Source: Piromyces finnis finn
Taxonomy: Eukaryota > Fungi > Neocallimastigomycota
DNA length: 64,000 bases
Direction: 5' to 3'
Assembly (NCBI GenBank): GCA_002104945.1
Contig: MCFH01000024.1
Coordinates: forward strand, 1 to 64,000
Both the position numbers and the translations under genes were made by a program. The notes beneath the pieces are model-generated. The model saw nothing but the letters and a program-made list of their open reading frames with translations. It was not told the origin of the DNA and did no database searches. Shown piece after piece: positions 53,811-64,000 of this stretch. The stretch's first letter is position 1, and each line of letters starts with the position of its first letter.

Positions 53811-53965
53811 AAATTGAATAATAGAATAATAAGAAAGAATATATTCTATTATTCTATTTGACCAATTTTAATAATAGTCGGAATATACATTAAAATATCA
53901 ATTCAACTAATATTTATTATAAAGAATTATTAAAAGTATTGAAAATGAAATATTATTATTCTAAT

Positions 53966-53966
53966 T

Positions 53967-54021
<55 letters not shown>

Positions 54022-54022
54022 T
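53966..54022. repeat. (ATT)n microsatellite
   Basis: Seen directly. Confidence 0.85.
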
Positions 54023-54648
54023 AATTATTATTCTAATTATTATTTATATTGTTTTTTTTAGCAATAGAAGAATTATCTTATAATAAAAATGTATAATATA
54101 ACAACGTATAGATTGAATTATTCTTTTTTTTTTTTTAATAAAATAAATTATTATTATTATAATATAGAATATTATTCTAATAATGAATTATACATTAACT
54201 TTTATTATTTCTATTAGTATATATTCATTCTTTTTTTTTTTATATCCCAACCTACTATAGAAAGAAGAAACTATCATTACAAATGGCGGTTTTTTTTTTT
54301 TTTTAACTTTTTATCTATATAAAAAAAAAATAAAAAAAGAATAATCTAAAATTAATGTGAAAGTCACATGAAATAATTTATATTAATAATAATATAAATG
54401 GTAATTTTAATTAATATTTTTTAATATATTTTTAATTTAAGTTATAGTAAATGTAGCTTTTTTAATTAACACATGGAGGAACAGGAACACAAAACTTTAT
54501 TTTATATAAATTTTAATAAAAAGATATTTAATTAATTTTTATCCTTTTAAATTTTTTGGAATTCTAAAATGATTTTTATGCCAATATAAATAGATAGCAA
54601 TTTTTCTTTATTTTTTTATTTTTTTGAAACAATTACATAAACAAAACC

Positions 54649-55992
54649 ATGGAAATAAAAAACAATAAATTATTAAAAAAAATAAAAAATCATAAATGGA
54701 TATTTTCCTTTCTTCTTCTAATCCTTATATTTTTAATCATTTTAATAATTAAAATTTTATTTGCACAGTTTTATTATTCAGAAAATGGTTATTTCCCAGT
54801 GATAACAGATGAAAAGTTTCGGTTAGCTCTTTCTGTTAGTCCATTCACATCTAAAAGTATAAATGAAGGTTACACTTTTGAATATAATAACACTATAATA
54901 AGTACAGTGGAAGAATTGGAAGATTTATATATTAAAAAAGGTGCAACTGAAATGTATGTTCGTATAGCTACAAAACGTCATGTTACCGATACAGATACCA
55001 CTGATGGAGAAGTAGATACTAATGCAAATGTTCATACCTTTGATCAAGCAATAGAATTATGTAAAATCGCTGCAAAACTTAATATACCGATAAATCCAGA
55101 AGTTATGTGTGCGTATACCTATATGGATATGGAAAAGCAACAAGCTCCAAAATTTAATGAATACCCTGAAATATATAAATTACAAAATGGTAAGGATTGG
55201 AGTGAACTTTCTTTAAATGAAATAGTTGTTGTTTTAAAAGAATATGGAAAGTTTCTTGCTACAAATATATTGGAAACAGGATGTACCGTAAATAATTGGA
55301 ATTTAGGTAATGAAGCCAACTTTGGATTTGCTGGGGTAAGCTTAGGTTTAAAAACTGCGGTTAATAAAGATCTTGAAAATGTTTCAAACTTTCAACGGTA
55401 TATCAAGCCTTTATTTAATGTGGGATGGCTTGAAAATAATATATGGAAATACAATGCAAAAGAATTTGCTGCCGTTAGAGAAGGAATTTTAGAAGCTTAT
55501 CAACAATTAGGAATAGATTCAACAGACGTTAAATTTTCTACACATATCGCAACAGTTGTTATGACTCCAAGTGCTTGTGCAAGATACTTTAATTGTTTAA
55601 AAAATAATGGATATGCAGTTGATACTGCTGGAATAAGTTTTTATCCAAGTGCCCCATCAATGTACCTAAAGCCAATGATTCTATTTAAAAAAACTGTGAT
55701 GGAAATTAATAATCAATGTGATATTCCTGTTTTTATTGGTGAATTTTCATACCCATCAGGAGAAATGTCTGGGGATTTTAAGGGATGGAATAAAGAAGTA
55801 GAAGGATATCCACATACAGAAGATGGACAAGCACTAATCTATAAAGATGTTATCAATTGGGGAAAAAGTCATGGTGTGAATGGTATTCGTTATTGGGCTG
55901 CTGATTATGAAAATTGGGGTTCAATGGGATTGTTTAAATTTGATAATAAACATGGAACACCTAAAAAGGGATTATTAGATGATATAAAATAA
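54649..55992 (+). CDS. GH53-like (endo-beta-1,4-galactanase family, clan GH-A) with N-terminal membrane anchor, 447 aa
   Basis: WNLGNEANFG (acid/base), GISFYP, IGEFSYP (nucleophile) and GIRYW motifs. Basic N-terminus followed by the hydrophobic helix WIFSFLLLILIFLIILII. Intronless. Confidence 0.75.
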   Translation: MEIKNNKLLKKIKNHKWIFSFLLLILIFLIILIIKILFAQFYYSENGYFPVITDEKFRLALSVSPFTSKSINEGYTFEYNNTIISTVEELEDLYIKKGATEMYVRIATKRHVTDTDTTDGEVDTNANVHTFDQAIELCKIAAKLNIPINPEVMCAYTYMDMEKQQAPKFNEYPEIYKLQNGKDWSELSLNEIVVVLKEYGKFLATNILETGCTVNNWNLGNEANFGFAGVSLGLKTAVNKDLENVSNFQRYIKPLFNVGWLENNIWKYNAKEFAAVREGILEAYQQLGIDSTDVKFSTHIATVVMTPSACARYFNCLKNNGYAVDTAGISFYPSAPSMYLKPMILFKKTVMEINNQCDIPVFIGEFSYPSGEMSGDFKGWNKEVEGYPHTEDGQALIYKDVINWGKSHGVNGIRYWAADYENWGSMGLFKFDNKHGTPKKGLLDDIK

Positions 55993-56186
55993 AATAAAAA
56001 ACATTAAAAATAAATATTAAAAAAGTAGATATAAAATGAAAATAAAAAAATAAAAACTATTAAAATAATTTTCAAATATAATAATTATTTAAAACATTAT
56101 ACCATTATACATGTATATAATGAATAATTAACTTTTTATTATTAAAATAGAAAATTTTATTAAATAAAAAAAAATAGTTAGTATGG

Positions 56187-56273
56187 GATTTTAATATTAA
56201 TATATTTTAAATTGTGTTATTTTTGTCAAGTATTTCCATAATAAATTCACTTTTAGTAGGATATTAACTAAAT
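56187..56273 (+). repeat. Dispersed repeat, second copy at 16899-17004
   Basis: Same 32-nt exact block and downstream block as at 16.9 kb. Confidence 0.75.
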
Positions 56274-56666
56274 ATTATTAAAACTCGGATTTCTTTAATT
56301 AATGAAAAATTACAATTCTTTACATTTTTCCAGTGCCTCTTATTGCTTTAGTCGTTGTACCTCTTGCCTTTCTTGTTGTTTTACCTCTTGTTGCTTTTGT
56401 TCCTTTTATTCCTATTGTTCCTGTTGTTATTGCTCTTTTTTTTTTTTACTATTATTATTTTTATCATCATTACTAGATTTTGATGAGCTTTGAATTTCTC
56501 CATTATTTATTTTCATTTTGATTTCACAAGTTCTTTTATAAAAGGCAATACCATATTTTACAAAACTATTATAGCCATTAGCTCTATATTTTTTTTTCCT
56601 ATTCTTTTTTTTCAATTTGGTTTATAGCATCTTCACATTCTTTTAAAAGACAGTCTTTGATACTAC

Positions 56667-56766
56667 TTTCATTTTCATTTTCATTTTCATTTTCATTTTC
56701 ATTTTCATTTTCATTTTCATTTTCATTTTCATTTTCATTTTCATTTTCATTTTCATTTTCATTTTC
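56667..56766 (-). repeat. (GAAAAT)n hexanucleotide repeat encoding (EN)n, about 16 units
   Basis: Seen directly, in frame inside the nuclease domain. Confidence 0.9.
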
Positions 56767-56994
56767 TTTTTCTTTTTTTTTTTCATTATTTTTTCGTTTA
56801 TTAGATTTTGTATTTTTCTTAAAAGCTTTAATTTCAATTAAAATATACTCTTTTACTTCCTTATCATAATTATTTTTATTAGGAAACCCGAAATCATATC
56901 TACCATATCCACTATTTTCTTCCGCAGTTAAACCATTAATTTTAAAAAATAAAAATAATTGCATTAATAATACTTGATAAGCATTTTCATACGT

Positions 56995-57140
56995 GAGCGT
57001 CGAAGCTGAAGAAACAGTATGACAGACCAGGAGGGTCACAACCACCTAGCAATAGGAATGAGCCAACGTTTCTCTAAGAACCACCATTGGGGCTAACTCC
57101 GATCGATGGGAGAAATGCACTCGGAAGTTAAAAAAAAAAA
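56995..57140 (+). mobile_element. 146-bp poly(A)-tailed retroposon insertion with a 10-bp TSD
   Basis: TTTCATACGT at 56985-56994 and 57141-57150 flanks a GC-rich insert ending in GGAAGTT plus an A run. Excision restores the host reading frame. Confidence 0.92.
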
Positions 57141-58386
57141 TTTCATACGTTTTGGATTTAACATACAAGTGATATGCACTGAATTTTGATAAATATTCAT
57201 TTAAATTTTTATAAATATCTTTATTAAAAATACCATTAATAAATTTTTTAATCGTTTTATCTTGTGCGATTTCTCATTTATTTTCTATAATAGGTCTTAG
57301 CAAAACCAACAAAACTATCTAAAACTTCACCATTCGAAATTTTAACATATTTCTTATTATCTTCATCAATATTATTTAATATATAATACTTATATTTTTC
57401 AATTTGATTTGAATTTTCATATTCTTCAGTTGATTCTGGTTCATCTAATGATAAATTATTTACTTCAACTTTATCTAATAACAGTTTTGTTATTTGGTCA
57501 TTCATATTATTTATATTTTCTTTATATTCTTTCTCATCTGATAATGTTAAATATCCAGAATACAATAAAAGTAGTAATATTTCATCTTTATTATATTTAT
57601 TTTTAAAAACAAATTCATTAGATACATTTAATATAATTATATTAGAAATTTTTTGTAAATAATAATTCATTTTCTTTAATATTTTTTTTTATAATACTTT
57701 CTTTTCCACTATTACACCTATAATTTTCATATTCAATTCTTTTTTCCTTTTTACTACTATATTCTTGGATAAAATTCATTATGGAAAAAGGATTATACAA
57801 ATACTTAATAGTACCTTGACCATTTATATGGCAGTATAGCCATCATATTTCTTTCGAATCATATCCCTTTGATCGTCTGTATGGGTAATGCCAAAATCAG
57901 ATAAAATTTTATTTAATTCATTTTCAGTAAATCCATAACAATCATTAAAAAATTGATCCTTAAGTAATGAACATTCATGATAATTATTAAACCCTGAATA
58001 AAAGCTATTTAATCCAAGAGGTAAACATCCGGCCGGTTATTATTCCAAAATATAAATTATCATTTCCTTTAAATGTATTTAAAAATAAAGGTTTAATAAT
58101 ACTATACATTTTATCATAGTATTTCTTTTCAAAAGAATTCATAAGAGCTTTATTATATTATATAAATTAAAACAATGCTTTTTATAATTGATAATATTTA
58201 ATTTATTATTACTTTCAAAATTATTATTTTATTTTAAATACTTTTAACTTTTATTATACATACATATCCATATACATATATAAAAATAATTTGAAAAAAT
58301 ATTTTACATTAGAATACTTTAATTTATTACTAATTAGTTTTATTTTTTATTTTTTATTTTTTTTTTATCATTTTATTTATTACTAA

Positions 58387-62882
<4,496 letters not shown>

Positions 62883-63376
62883 TTTTATATAATATATTTT
62901 TTTTTTATTATTCTAATTTAACATATATTTTAAAATATTTTTTTTCTTGTTATTACTTTATTTTATTTTTAAATTTTCTTTTATATTTTCAATTTTTCTT
63001 TATTCCTTTTTCTTTTTTTTTTTTTATCTTCAATGTTTTTCAATGATATAATTATTTATTCTCTAAAAATATAAAATACATAATATACATATATTAAATA
63101 GTTAATTATTATTAATTTCAATATTCATAAATTAATATTATTATATTATAATTATACTATTATTATTTTTATTATAAACCTGACAGATTCAGAGAAGTTC
63201 ATAAAAAAAAGGAAATAGAAAAAATAAATGTAAAAATTAGAAAAAGTAAATTTTAAAGGTATAAAATAAAAAAAAAAGGTTTAATTAATTTTTTAAAAAA
63301 TGTTATGAAGGTACAATAATAATTTATTAATTAAAAATTTAAATTAAAAACTTTTTTTAAAGTCATTATTTAAAGC

Positions 63377-63407
<31 letters not shown>

Positions 63408-64000
63408 CATTATAAAAAGAAAAAAAAAAAAAGAATTAAAGGTTAAAGGTATATTCAATATAAAATATTAAAGATGAATTAGAAATAAAACTTTTTCACC
63501 CTTTAATATTTGATAAAAACTAAACCTTTTAGTATTAAGATAAATCTTTTTTTTTTTTAACTCTCCATTATGATATTAAATAAAGTTATTAAAAATAAAT
63601 TAAAAATTAAATAGGACTTAACAAAAAGATAATTGTAATTCTTATGATTAATTATTATTCATTTTAAAATAATTTAATATGGCATCTGTACTAAAGATAT
63701 AAACCTATAAAAAAAAATAGAAAAAGATAATACATACTTATTTATTACCGTTATTCTCAATATTACTTTATTACTAATACTATTAAAAACATTATTATTG
63801 TTAAAATAGCATTGCCTTTATTTTAATGCTAATATTATTTATATTTTTTCTATTATTTAAATTTCACTTTTTTATAGTTTACTTTTTTTTTAATTTATTA
63901 AATATAATAAAAATTACTCATTTTAATATATTTTATGAGTGGATTTTTTTAATTGTTTTTTTTATTGGTTATTGCGGTAAATAAATTAACATAAACTTTA

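Larger units (their letters stand above)
56302..58150 (-). pseudogene. AAA-ATPase-like / PD-(D/E)XK nuclease pseudogene, copy 3 (5'-truncated, retroposon-interrupted)
   Basis: 57650-58150 is near-identical by eye to 12600-13060. Removing the insert restores SKFSAYHLYVKSKTYENAYQVLLMQLF...EENSGYGRYDFGFP...ILIEIK...CEDAINQIEKK..KYGIAFYKRTC. Confidence 0.88.

Noticed and set aside
56643-56869. (MK)n and (SF)n ORFs
   Set aside because: Alternative frames of the (GAAAAT)n repeat.
56995-57140. CTGAAGA as a possible hammerhead core; HDV-like or tRNA-derived SINE
   Set aside because: No matching GAAA/stem II arrangement, no convincing HDV L3/P1.1, and no A/B boxes could be built by hand. Left as an unassigned structure.

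Overview
This is a very AT-rich eukaryotic genomic window with short GT-AG introns. Its gene content (fungal dockerin/CBM10 GH9, CBM18 arrays, GH114, GH53-like, ankyrin families) points to an anaerobic gut fungus (Neocallimastigomycota); this is an inference from gene content and base composition. Apparently intact genes: an ankyrin protein (2.6-4.2 kb), a secreted tandem-DUF3237-like protein, a full-length ABCA transporter with an ATG-only first exon, an ankyrin protein with a 42-bp minisatellite, an 8-exon secreted LRR + 5xCBM18 protein absent from the ORF track, a 7TM protein, GH114 + 3xCBM18, a membrane-anchored GH53-like enzyme, and an 18-exon dockerin-GH9-CBM-like cellulase with 7-nt and 18-nt micro-exons. 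An ankyrin-SH3-proline-rich gene is split by a 10-bp duplication. Accessory DNA includes three broken paralogues of a bacterial-type AAA-ATPase-like + PD-(D/E)XK nuclease gene, one of them a tandem degenerate/canonical double module with an NLS-like N-terminus. It also includes two related 5'-truncated LINE RT copies and two short retroposon-like inserts that share a 44-nt 5' module with a compensatory stem change. All exon models and alignments were made by hand.
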